Source of the DNA: Chloroflexota bacterium
Lineage (GTDB): Bacteria > Bacteroidota > Ignavibacteria > Kapaibacteriales > UBA2268
Length of the DNA: 64,000 nucleotides
NCBI GenBank assembly: GCA_050260015.1
Contig: JBLNBN010000046.1
Span: forward strand, 4,699-68,698
Reading direction: 5' to 3'
This document shows positions 9,647 to 18,945 of the stretch, piece by piece. A program made the position numbers and the translations under genes. The first letter of the stretch is position 1. Every line of letters begins with the position of its first letter. The notes below the pieces were generated by a model that searched no databases, had not been told where the DNA came from, and was given only the letters and a program-made list of their open reading frames with translations.

Positions 9647-11791
9647 ATGAAGAGTATTACCCGTTTGGCAAAACTATTTGCCTTAGTTTCATTAACCGCG
9701 GTATCGGCATTCGCGGTTCCGCGGAACGTAGTTCTCGAGGAGTTCACTAACTCCTCCTGCGGCCCTTGCGCGGCTCAGAACCCCACATACCAGAAGTTCA
9801 TCTTCGATCGCTATTCGAACGTAATTCCTATTATGTATCATTCAAGCTTCCCGGGCGTGAACGACGTAATGTACCAGTTCGATAAACCAATGAACCAGAC
9901 CCGTACGAATTACTATGCAGTAGACGGCGTTCCTTCCGTTCGCGTCAACGGCGAAATGCAACCGAGCACGAATCCTCAACAAGTCTACGCCGGCTCCCCT
10001 ATGGATACGGTCGCAATCTGGAAGAAAGTTGCAACCGAGATAGTAGCGGAAACGCCTATCACTATCGGCGTTAACGCGACTATCGACGAAAACTACAAAA
10101 TGACTATCACCGGTAACGTTTCCTCGACCGAAGCTCTGTCCGGCAAGTATCTCCGCGTAGTTCTCGTAGAGGGTTATCATTACTATAAGCTCTCCGGCGG
10201 CACTAACGGCGAAGAAGATTTCTTCTTCGTAGCCCGCAAGATGTTCCCCGACGCGTCGGGCACGTCCGTTACTGTAGCGGCTAACGGCTCGCAAGAGTTC
10301 AATTTCACCTATGATATTCCTGAAGAACTCTACCACAAGACTCTTTATGTAGTCGCATTCGTCCAGGACGACGCTTCGAAGCAGATCCTCCAGGCCGCTC
10401 GCTCCAGCGCTCCCCTCGTTCAGAATGCAGCTTCGGCTCCCAAAATTTTCGCTTCCGTCGCTTCAACCGACACCTACCGTTCGATTGAAAAGGGCGAGCA
10501 GGAAAGCTATGAATATCAGATAAAGAACGAAACCTCGGAAAATATAACGGTCGCTTTGAAGGCCATTACAACGACTATCCCGCAGGGCTGGACGTTCAAC
10601 CTTGAACCCGATACATTAGTTATTCCCGCAGGCGCAACGCGCGGCGTTTCCGTTGCAGTTACTCCTCCGAACAAGACCGCTTCGGCTGAATTCTCCTTCA
10701 CGATCGAGCCTGTTGGCAGAACCGACGGATACAAAGCCTCGACGATGGGAACCAGCTTCTACATGACCGCCGGCACAAAGTATCTTAGCATATTAGGCGC
10801 ATCGAGACTTAGCGTATTGGGCGCGAACACTATGCTTAATTTGAACAACTACGGTTCCGAAACTTCCTGGATGCCCGCAGAATTCGGCGCAATGCAAGCG
10901 TTCCCGGCACAAAACTTTGACGTTATCGTTCTCCCGATGGACCTCAATTCGTTCCTCGCGCCCGTTTATACTACTCCCGAAGCGGCTACATATTTCCTTA
11001 ATTGGCTTAAGGCCGGTATGGACGCAGGCACGCACGTTTGGCTCTCCGGCGACTTAGCCGTAAACCTTCCGTATTTAGATCAATTTAAGAATACCGAAGT
11101 TCAAAATTTCTTCAAGGATTACTTCGGCGTTTCACAGGGCGCGTTCTATAACTTAGTACAAAGCGGCCAGCTCTATACACTGGACGTAAAGGGCAACCCC
11201 AACGACGAAACGACTAAAGGCATGACAATAAAGGTCAACGGCGATTACAATCAATCAAGCTGGCCTTACTACGAGCAATATGCGGAGTATGTAAATATTA
11301 CCAACGCGAATATCGCTACCCCGATCTTCTACGGCCCCGGCCAGAGCGGCGACGTAGTAATGGGCGTTAAGGTAGAGCGCACGCTTTCCGACAATTCGAA
11401 AGGCCGCGCAGTTTACACAGGTTTCAATCCTGAAATACTTGGCAACGCTACCCGCACGACTCTCTATACTGCGATTATGAACTGGCTCGTAAACGGCCCG
11501 GCCTCCGTTATAGAAGTTAACGGCGGCTCGCTGAACCTGACAGTCGGCCCGAACCCCGCGGTAGAAAACGCTAACGTTAGACTCGAGCTCAACGGTACGG
11601 CTTCCGCCCGCGCTGAAGTTTACGTTATCGACATGGCTGGCAAGCGCGTAGCTGAATTGCACAACGGCGCGATCTCCGAAGGCGTAAACGAATTCAATTT
11701 GAATTCCGCCCGCCTCGCTAACGGCAGCTACTTCGCTATCGTTAACGTCGACGGCAAGACGCTCGCAACCCCGTTCAACGTAGTAAAATAG
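9647..11791 (+). CDS. T9SS cargo protein: Omp28-like/thioredoxin-like N-terminal domain (CGPC motif), central beta-sandwich domains, C-terminal Por secretion tail
   Basis: Signal peptide MKSITRLAKLFALVSLTAVSAFA (track ORF starts at 9590; true start more likely 9647). EEFTNSSCGPCAA motif. C-terminus VYVIDMAGKRVAEL...FNVVK is a type-A T9SS CTD. Confidence 0.75.
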   Translation: MKSITRLAKLFALVSLTAVSAFAVPRNVVLEEFTNSSCGPCAAQNPTYQKFIFDRYSNVIPIMYHSSFPGVNDVMYQFDKPMNQTRTNYYAVDGVPSVRVNGEMQPSTNPQQVYAGSPMDTVAIWKKVATEIVAETPITIGVNATIDENYKMTITGNVSSTEALSGKYLRVVLVEGYHYYKLSGGTNGEEDFFFVARKMFPDASGTSVTVAANGSQEFNFTYDIPEELYHKTLYVVAFVQDDASKQILQAARSSAPLVQNAASAPKIFASVASTDTYRSIEKGEQESYEYQIKNETSENITVALKAITTTIPQGWTFNLEPDTLVIPAGATRGVSVAVTPPNKTASAEFSFTIEPVGRTDGYKASTMGTSFYMTAGTKYLSILGASRLSVLGANTMLNLNNYGSETSWMPAEFGAMQAFPAQNFDVIVLPMDLNSFLAPVYTTPEAATYFLNWLKAGMDAGTHVWLSGDLAVNLPYLDQFKNTEVQNFFKDYFGVSQGAFYNLVQSGQLYTLDVKGNPNDETTKGMTIKVNGDYNQSSWPYYEQYAEYVNITNANIATPIFYGPGQSGDVVMGVKVERTLSDNSKGRAVYTGFNPEILGNATRTTLYTAIMNWLVNGPASVIEVNGGSLNLTVGPNPAVENANVRLELNGTASARAEVYVIDMAGKRVAELHNGAISEGVNEFNLNSARLANGSYFAIVNVDGKTLATPFNVVK

Positions 11792-11813
11792 TTCTTTTAT
11801 AGAGCTTTTAATG

Positions 11814-11850
11814 CAACTCGTCTCCGCGCTTCGCGGGGACGAGTTGTTTT
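11814..11850 (+). terminator. Rho-independent terminator (CAACTCGTCTCCGCG-CTT-CGCGGGGACGAGTTG + TTTT)
   Basis: Long GC-rich hairpin followed by a T run after the cargo gene. Confidence 0.7.
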
Positions 11851-11946
11851 CATAAGCTTTACACGTCATCGATAACAACTTATCGAAATTTATATTATAT
11901 TTGCAAAAATACTAACTTTAATATATGGCTCAAAGGGAGAAATAAA

Positions 11947-14214
11947 ATGAAAAAGCTACTCTACGCTTTCTTTGCGTTTACTTTTCTTTCGAGCTTTTCG
12001 GCTTTTGCCCAGAACGAGGTTATCGTACCGCCTTCGACGGCAAAATTGCCCAAGCTCGATAAAACACAAGCAGAGGGAAAGTACTACCTCATCTTCGACA
12101 ATCTGGACGTCGTTAAAGACGGCAGCGGCACGACAATAAGCAACGCTTTTGACTTGCTCTACTGGGACGGTCTCAAAAATTATCCGTCGTCCATGGACGA
12201 TTACCAAAAGTACTTCGTACGCGCGCCGTTCTCCGACGCAACGCTTAACGCTTACAACATACCCCAGGAATTCGACGTATTGGTGATCCCGGTTGGCGAT
12301 TACCCATTAAACATCGCAACTTCCACGAACGGCAAAAAGCTGATAACCCTAATTAAAGAAATGCTTTCCGCGGGAAAGAGCGTCTTTATTTCCGGTCGAC
12401 ACATACTTAAGTGGGCTTTTGCAAGCGATGCCCAGTTCGCGCAAGGTAAGGACCCGGAAGTTCAAACCTGGCTTACTTCCGACGTTGGGATCGACAAAAT
12501 TGCATTTCCTCCGGTCGTCCAGCAAAACGGCAACCAGCTCGAAACCGTAGGGTACAAACTTTTAACCAAGCAGGGCGACCCCGTAGGCAAGGGCTATGAG
12601 AAGTACATGAACATGATATTTACTACGCAGGATAATCAAGAACATCATCCGATGACCTATTACACTGTCATAGACGTCGTCACCGCGTTTAAAGATGGTT
12701 CGAAAGCAATTCCCGTAGATCACATTAACAGCTTAACGACGCCGATGGGATACATGAGCCTTCGCGGCGAAATCGGCGGCGGCAAGCTAGCGTTATACTT
12801 CTACGGCTACGAGAATTCCGCAGGCCACCCGTCCGGCGCGGTTCCTCCCGTTCTGCAGCTTCCGATGGACTGGTTCGTATCCGGTCTGCCGAAGAACGAG
12901 CCTTACCTTAAAGCCGAAAGCTACTCGGTCGAGTTTGGCGCGGTTAAATTAAATGAAACCAAGCAAGGCGAGTTCAGATTCCAGAACTTCAGCAGGAAGC
13001 CTCTCATTATCAGCAAGGTAGAGCTGGCCGGCCAAGAGCCCGCAGGCTCGTTTACGCTCGTCCACGGCGCGCTTCCGCTCACTATTCAACCGGGCGCATA
13101 CGATAAAATCATCATTAAATTTAAGCCTACGGTCGAACGCGATTATTCTGAAATTCTAAGCGTAACTTCTAACGCTTCCAACGAAGTAGTAGACATCGAC
13201 CTCACCGGCAACGGCGGCGAGATCCCGACGGACGGCCCGAGAATCTCCAGCATCCCCGAATTGAACTTCGAAAACGTTGAGTTCGGTTCGAAAAAGGATA
13301 TGGAGCTTACCATTACCAACACCGGTAAAGCTATACTCGACGTGCAGGAAGTCGAGCTCAGGGACAACAACAAGAACGCTTTTACGATCATCGCTCCCTC
13401 GCCGCTGCAGACTCCGTTTGGTTTGGGTCCCAACGAATCCAAAACTATCACTATTCGATTCGTGCCCGGCGAGAAGAACGCCACCTATACGGCGCGCGTT
13501 TACTACAAGAACAACGATCCTACGAAGAACGATTACTTTGTAAATATTACCGGTGCGAGCTCGGAATCCGGCTCGAGCGCTATATTAGAGTTCGACATGG
13601 ATACCGTTCAATTCGGAAAAGTTAAGCCGAACTTCTCGCAATCCAAGTCCGTCGTTATTCGCAATACCGGCACCGCCGTACTTAATATCAATATGATTGC
13701 GTTCGAGGCCAATGACTTGGGCATATTTGAATTAGTAGATCCTAAGATCGCTCCCGGCACGAAAGTCGCTATCGGCGATTCCGTAACCTTCAAGGTTAGA
13801 TTTAAACCGGACGAGGAAACGACCTACAACGAACGCATTATGGTTCAGACCAACGCTAAGAACGCAACGGATGGCGTTATTTACTTGAACCTGCAAGGCA
13901 CAGGTAGCTTCGCAGGCGTAAACGAACCTATTGCCAGCTCGCAAGACGGCTCGATCGTTCTAAAAGCGATCCCCCACCCGATTAGCGGCAACGGCTCAAT
14001 CGTTTGCGAGATCAAACGCGAGATGGCCGGCAACCTGGAAGTATTCGTAATCGACATGGCCGGGCGCCGCGTCGCGGACCTCTACAACGGTCTCGCCGCT
14101 CAAGGCTCGCTCACGCTGCCGATCAGCTCCGGCGCTAACGCCTCAGGCCAGTACTTCGTCATCGCTAACGCAGGCGGCTCATCCGTACGTCTGCCTATCA
14201 TATTCGTTAAATAA
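11947..14214 (+). CDS. T9SS cargo protein with three choice-of-anchor-D/ASH-like beta-sandwich repeats and C-terminal Por secretion tail; N-terminal region paralogous to the upstream cargo gene
   Basis: Signal peptide MKKLLYAFFAFTFLSSFSAFAQ. Repeated ...TNTGKAILDV/...RNTGTAVLNI/...QNFSRKPLII modules. C-terminus LEVFVIDMAGRRVADL...IIFVK. Confidence 0.75.
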   Translation: MKKLLYAFFAFTFLSSFSAFAQNEVIVPPSTAKLPKLDKTQAEGKYYLIFDNLDVVKDGSGTTISNAFDLLYWDGLKNYPSSMDDYQKYFVRAPFSDATLNAYNIPQEFDVLVIPVGDYPLNIATSTNGKKLITLIKEMLSAGKSVFISGRHILKWAFASDAQFAQGKDPEVQTWLTSDVGIDKIAFPPVVQQNGNQLETVGYKLLTKQGDPVGKGYEKYMNMIFTTQDNQEHHPMTYYTVIDVVTAFKDGSKAIPVDHINSLTTPMGYMSLRGEIGGGKLALYFYGYENSAGHPSGAVPPVLQLPMDWFVSGLPKNEPYLKAESYSVEFGAVKLNETKQGEFRFQNFSRKPLIISKVELAGQEPAGSFTLVHGALPLTIQPGAYDKIIIKFKPTVERDYSEILSVTSNASNEVVDIDLTGNGGEIPTDGPRISSIPELNFENVEFGSKKDMELTITNTGKAILDVQEVELRDNNKNAFTIIAPSPLQTPFGLGPNESKTITIRFVPGEKNATYTARVYYKNNDPTKNDYFVNITGASSESGSSAILEFDMDTVQFGKVKPNFSQSKSVVIRNTGTAVLNINMIAFEANDLGIFELVDPKIAPGTKVAIGDSVTFKVRFKPDEETTYNERIMVQTNAKNATDGVIYLNLQGTGSFAGVNEPIASSQDGSIVLKAIPHPISGNGSIVCEIKREMAGNLEVFVIDMAGRRVADLYNGLAAQGSLTLPISSGANASGQYFVIANAGGSSVRLPIIFVK

Positions 14215-14232
14215 ACGAAGCGAATTAAAAGC

Positions 14233-14269
14233 AAAAAAGCTCCGCTTAATAATAAGCGGAGCTTTTTTT
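14233..14269. terminator. Bidirectional terminator (AAAAAGCTCCGCTT-AATAAT-AAGCGGAGCTTTTTTT) between cargo gene and tRNA-Ser
   Basis: Perfect inverted repeat flanked by an A run and a T run. Confidence 0.7.
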
Positions 14270-14272
14270 ATG

Positions 14273-14363
<91 letters not shown>

Positions 14364-14443
14364 AAAGCTTCAATTTTTTCGTTTACAAAAATAAGGAAAG
14401 AGCGCTAAATAAAAAAGCTTTTTTTCACAATTTTAATTACCTT

Positions 14444-15589
14444 TTACCATTCGATGGCTTCGGCAGCCGCTCTCGCCCGCGCGTAGACTTCGTCCGGGTT
14501 TGCTCCGATAGCCGTCAAGTGCCCCATCTTCCTGCCTTTCCTGCACTGCTTTTTGTTGTAAAGATGCAGGGCCACGTCGTATTTTAACAGTTCGACAACG
14601 TTGGCAGGGCATCCCGGCCCTTCTCTCTCTCCCAACAGGTTGATCATTACCGCAGAGTTTACGGTCATTTCCGGCGATCCGAGAGGCAATCCCAGTATCG
14701 CGCGCAAGCCGTTTTCGTACTGGGAGGTGTGGCAGGCCTCGATCGTATAGTGGCCGGAGTTATGCGGACGCGGCGCTATTTCGTTGACGAGTATATGCCC
14801 GTCGGACAAATAGAACAGCTCGACGCCGAAGACGCCGACCCCTTCGATGGATTCCACGCATTTTCGCGCTATATCGCGCGCGCGTTGCTTCGCCTCGATA
14901 GGAGCGCGAGCCGGGGCTATTACTTCGTGGCAAATATGATCCTTCTGAATCGTTTCCACGCAGGGATAAACGGCCGTTTCGCCCGATTTCCCGCGCGCTA
15001 CGATCACCGCAAGCTCGCGTTCGAAATTAATAAACTTCTCGGCGAATAGAGGGCGTCCGTCGAACCTGGACAGGGCCTCGTCGAGATCGCTCTCGTCGCG
15101 TACGAGCGCGTTGCCGTAGCCGTCGTAGCCTAAGGTGCGCGTCTTTAAGACGATTGGAAATCCGTGCTCCCGGGCAAAATCCATCGCGCTTTCTTTTGAA
15201 TTAATCGCGCCGAACGCGGGAACGTCTATGCCCGCGGATCTAAAGGTCGTTTTTTGTATAAGCTTATCCTGCACGCACCGCATCGTGACGGGGGTTGGGT
15301 ATACAGGTCTTTTCTTCTCAATATGCTCTAAAATAGACGGCGATATAAATTCGTTTTCTAAAGTAACGACGTCGGAGGCGTCGATGAAGGCTTCGAGGGA
15401 TTCCTTGCTATTCCAGCCCCCGGGGAAGTCGAGCTTAGTCATGTCCCCTGCGGGCGAGGAGGAAGAATTTTCAATAACGGCGACGGAGAGTCCCATGCGG
15501 TAGGCAGCCATTGCCAACATCTTTGCCAATTGGCCGCCGCCGAGCAGCCCGACGGTTAAAGCCGACGGTTGGTATTGCGAACTTAACAT
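14444..15589 (-). CDS. purK: N5-carboxyaminoimidazole ribonucleotide synthase PurK (ATP-grasp)
   Basis: 381 aa. LTVGLLGGGQLAKMLAMAA N-terminus and ATP-grasp core. Confidence 0.85.
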   Translation of the reverse strand: MLSSQYQPSALTVGLLGGGQLAKMLAMAAYRMGLSVAVIENSSSSPAGDMTKLDFPGGWNSKESLEAFIDASDVVTLENEFISPSILEHIEKKRPVYPTPVTMRCVQDKLIQKTTFRSAGIDVPAFGAINSKESAMDFAREHGFPIVLKTRTLGYDGYGNALVRDESDLDEALSRFDGRPLFAEKFINFERELAVIVARGKSGETAVYPCVETIQKDHICHEVIAPARAPIEAKQRARDIARKCVESIEGVGVFGVELFYLSDGHILVNEIAPRPHNSGHYTIEACHTSQYENGLRAILGLPLGSPEMTVNSAVMINLLGEREGPGCPANVVELLKYDVALHLYNKKQCRKGRKMGHLTAIGANPDEVYARARAAAEAIEW

Positions 15590-15732
15590 TAATTGATTGC
15601 GTATTTATATAGTGAGTAAAACGTTAGCATAAGAATAAGGAGCCGATTTTTTTAGTATATTATAGACGAAAATAATTCCTTTATCGCTTTGGAATTTCTC
15701 AATAGGAGGCAGTCTTCGAACAGCATTTTCAT

Positions 15733-16263
15733 ATGTCGAACGCCGAAGAGCGCCTAACGCTTAGCAGTAAAGCGCTCGTTCTGAATCAGAGCTACGAGCC
15801 AATAAGCGTCTGCTCGCCGCGTAAAGCTTTCATTTTGATTCTGCTAATGAAAGCGGAATTAGTCGCCGAAAGGCGGGGCCAATCCATTCGTTCCGTCAGC
15901 CAATCTTTCCCTCTTCCCTCGATTATTAGATTAACCGCGTTTTCTAAAGTTCCTAAAAGAAAAATAGAACTTTCCAGGAAGAACATAATCAAACGGGACG
16001 ACTTTCGTTGCCAGTACTGCGGCAAGAAATCGCCCCAGTTGACCGTGGACCATATCATCCCGAAATCGCGCGGCGGAATTGACTCCTGGGAGAATTTAGT
16101 TGCGGCATGCATAAAATGCAACAACAAGAAGGGCTCCCGAACGTTGGAAGAGGCTGGATTAAAGCTTCTCTCCAAGCCGAAAGCCCCGCACTACATAATG
16201 TTCCTTAAGCAATGCATAGGCAATGCCGAGGAGAGTTGGAAGCCGTTTCTCTTTATGGATTGA
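15733..16263 (+). CDS. HNH endonuclease family protein
   Basis: 176 aa. CQYCG...DHIIPKSRGG...WENL...C..CN..K HNH motif. Convergently overlaps the miaB 3' end by 11 nt. Confidence 0.75.
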   Translation: MSNAEERLTLSSKALVLNQSYEPISVCSPRKAFILILLMKAELVAERRGQSIRSVSQSFPLPSIIRLTAFSKVPKRKIELSRKNIIKRDDFRCQYCGKKSPQLTVDHIIPKSRGGIDSWENLVAACIKCNNKKGSRTLEEAGLKLLSKPKAPHYIMFLKQCIGNAEESWKPFLFMD

Positions 16264-17596
16264 CGGCGATCTTAATCGGCTCCCCGAATAAAGTTGCGGA
16301 CGTGGAGCGCGTAATGCGCACGTTTACTAAATCGCCGGGCTTATAGAATAAATCGGGATTAGGGAATATTATCACCTTATTCGTCGTTGAGCGCCCCATC
16401 CATTCCGAGGCGTTGCGACGGCTTTCGCCCTCGACCAATACTTCGTGCGCGACGCCGATCTCTTTTTCGTTGTTCTCGCGCGAGATCGAATTCTGCAGTT
16501 CGATGATTTTAGTTAGGCGCGCCGATTTAACTTCGTCGGGCACAGTGTCCCCCATTGCGTAAGCTTGAGCGCCTTCCCGCGGGGAATACTTAAACATAAA
16601 AGCGCCGTCGAACCGCACGCGCTCGAGCATATCGATCGTATCGCGATGATCCTCGTCCGTTTCGCCCGGGAAGCCGGCTATGATGTCGGCGCTGAGCGAG
16701 CAATCTGGGATCTTACTGCGGATCTGCTCGACAAGGCTTAGGTAGCGTTCCCTGTCGTACTTACGATTCATCATTTTTAAAATTCTATTCGAGCCGGACT
16801 GCAAGGGCAGGTGAATATGATTACAGATATTGGGGTATTCCGCCATTACCTCGATCAGGCGTTCGCTCATGTCCTTCGGGTGCGAAGTGGTGAACCTAAA
16901 TCGCAGGTAGGGCGCGGATACCGCCGCGCGCTCGAGCAGGTCCGCGAAGTCGGCGCCGTACTCCTCGTCGCGATAGGAATTAACGTTTTGCCCGAGGAAG
17001 GTGATCTCCTTAAATCCTTCGTCGGCGATAGCCGCCACCGAATCAATAACGGCGGGCAGCGAGAGCGAACGCTCGCGGCCGCGAACGAGCGGCACTACGC
17101 AATAGGTGCAAAAGTTATTGCAGCCGCGCATAATGGATATCCATGCGGAAATGCCGCGCTTGCGTAGCGGTTCGATGTCCTCGTAGGTTTCTACGCGCGA
17201 GAGCTTGACCGCGATGCCTACTTCCCCGTCAAGAGCCGCGTCAATTAGCCCTGGAGCCTTGCGGTATTCGTCGGGCCCGATAATAACGTTTACGAGGTCG
17301 CTCTTCTCGAAGATAGTTTCGCGCATGTGCTCGGCCATGCAGCCGAGTATGCCGACAACGAGGTCGGGATTGTCGCGCTTCAGCGAGCGAGCGTTCTCAA
17401 GCCGCTTAAGAACGGTCTTTTCCGCGTTCTCTCGTACCGAGCACGTATTGAGCAAATATACGTCCGAGCCTGCCGGATCATTGGTTATTTTATAGCTTCC
17501 CGAGGAAGCGAGGATTGCTGAAAGTATTTCGGTGTCGTTCTCGTTCATTTGACAGCCGAAAGTTTCTATATATACATTCTTGGGGGCTTCGTTCAT
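16253..17596 (-). CDS. miaB: tRNA-2-methylthio-N6-dimethylallyladenosine synthase MiaB (radical SAM methylthiotransferase)
   Basis: VYIETFGCQMNENDTE N-terminal MTTase domain, radical-SAM CxxxCxxC, C-terminal TRAM. Likely start is the Met at 17596 rather than the track start 17626. Confidence 0.85.
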   Translation of the reverse strand: MNEAPKNVYIETFGCQMNENDTEILSAILASSGSYKITNDPAGSDVYLLNTCSVRENAEKTVLKRLENARSLKRDNPDLVVGILGCMAEHMRETIFEKSDLVNVIIGPDEYRKAPGLIDAALDGEVGIAVKLSRVETYEDIEPLRKRGISAWISIMRGCNNFCTYCVVPLVRGRERSLSLPAVIDSVAAIADEGFKEITFLGQNVNSYRDEEYGADFADLLERAAVSAPYLRFRFTTSHPKDMSERLIEVMAEYPNICNHIHLPLQSGSNRILKMMNRKYDRERYLSLVEQIRSKIPDCSLSADIIAGFPGETDEDHRDTIDMLERVRFDGAFMFKYSPREGAQAYAMGDTVPDEVKSARLTKIIELQNSISRENNEKEIGVAHEVLVEGESRRNASEWMGRSTTNKVIIFPNPDLFYKPGDLVNVRITRSTSATLFGEPIKIAVNP

Positions 17597-17719
17597 TGTC
17601 TCTTGAATCAAAAATACAAAATGCAAAAATATAAAAATTTAGGTTAGATTAAAATTAATTATCGCGCCGTTAAATCATGGCTGATTTCCTTAAGAAAAGC
17701 CGGTTCCTATCCTATTGCC

Positions 17720-18928
17720 CTACTGCGCTTCCTTAAGATAATTGAAGCTCCAATCCTTGAAGTACATCATTAGGACGGCAGTCGTCGGAATCGCGACGAG
17801 AAGGCCAAGGAAACCGAATACGGAGCCGAACAGGAAGAGCGAGAGAATAAGTACGACCGGATGCAAGCCGACCTGCCTGCCGGCGATATTTGGCTCGAGA
17901 AAATACGCGTTAATAAAGTGCAGGCCGAGCACGTCCGCGACGATCACGATCGCGAATTGAAGCAGGTATTGCGGCGCCATAGCGGCTACGACTAACGTTC
18001 CTACGCCGATGGAAATCGCCAGGCTAAGATATGGGATCGGGTTGACCAAGCCGGCGAATGCTCCGAGGAGGACCGGGAGAGGAAGACCGAAGATAGAGAA
18101 CACGATCGATGAAACCGTTCCTACGATAAACGCCGCGAGGATCTGCCATGCGATCCAACGCCGCATGATCCCGCTGATGCGTTGAAGATCTTTTACTGCC
18201 TTAGGATTGTTCTTCTCTACAAGCGCGCGCACGAGCTTCTTCAGGTAATTAAAGTCCTTCAGGAAATAGAAGGTTAAAATTGGTATTATTATTAAGTTGA
18301 TTAAGTGGGTTACTACGCTTGAAAGCTGGTTAAACAGCCCGAGCAGCGATCCGAGGGTGAATGAAAAAACGCTTTCAAGCTTGGGAAGCAGCTGCGTTTG
18401 GACTATTTCTTCCATCTGCTTGCGGGGTATTCCGAGCGATTGGGCGAAGTCATAGAACTTTTTCTCGGTAAACACCTTTGGAAGCGTGGTAAGCAAGTTA
18501 GTCAGGCGTGCTATAGCGTCGTCGAGCTGCCCTGCCAAAGAGGGCATTATCAAATATCCCGCGAAATAGATTAGCAGAACTCCGGCCAGTATAAATACAA
18601 AAGAAATTACCCAGCGCGGAGCGTATTTTTCGAGCTTGCCGACGAGCGGATCCAGCAAATAGGCCAGGATGAAGGACGCAACGATAGGAACTGCGGCGCC
18701 TCCCAGCATCCAGAACAGCCACAGGATAAACACGACGATGAACACCGTGATTAATCTTTGAATCAGCGGCGAGGTCTTCCTGTAAGGCAAAAGCACGAAT
18801 AAAGCTATAAGAATCAGGAGTACGCTATTCTTAATAAGCCCCGTTACGTAAAGGAAGCCTATAAATGCGGCAGTAGCTAAGAAGATCGCCGCCAAAGGCG
18901 CCCGCGACCCGCTTTTCAAAGCGTCCAT
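17720..18928 (-). CDS. AI-2E family transporter (UPF0118/PerM-like membrane protein)
   Basis: 402 aa polytopic membrane protein with typical AI-2E topology and composition. Confidence 0.65.
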   Translation of the reverse strand: MDALKSGSRAPLAAIFLATAAFIGFLYVTGLIKNSVLLILIALFVLLPYRKTSPLIQRLITVFIVVFILWLFWMLGGAAVPIVASFILAYLLDPLVGKLEKYAPRWVISFVFILAGVLLIYFAGYLIMPSLAGQLDDAIARLTNLLTTLPKVFTEKKFYDFAQSLGIPRKQMEEIVQTQLLPKLESVFSFTLGSLLGLFNQLSSVVTHLINLIIIPILTFYFLKDFNYLKKLVRALVEKNNPKAVKDLQRISGIMRRWIAWQILAAFIVGTVSSIVFSIFGLPLPVLLGAFAGLVNPIPYLSLAISIGVGTLVVAAMAPQYLLQFAIVIVADVLGLHFINAYFLEPNIAGRQVGLHPVVLILSLFLFGSVFGFLGLLVAIPTTAVLMMYFKDWSFNYLKEAQ

Positions 18929-18945
18929 TTAATCTCCGGATAAAA

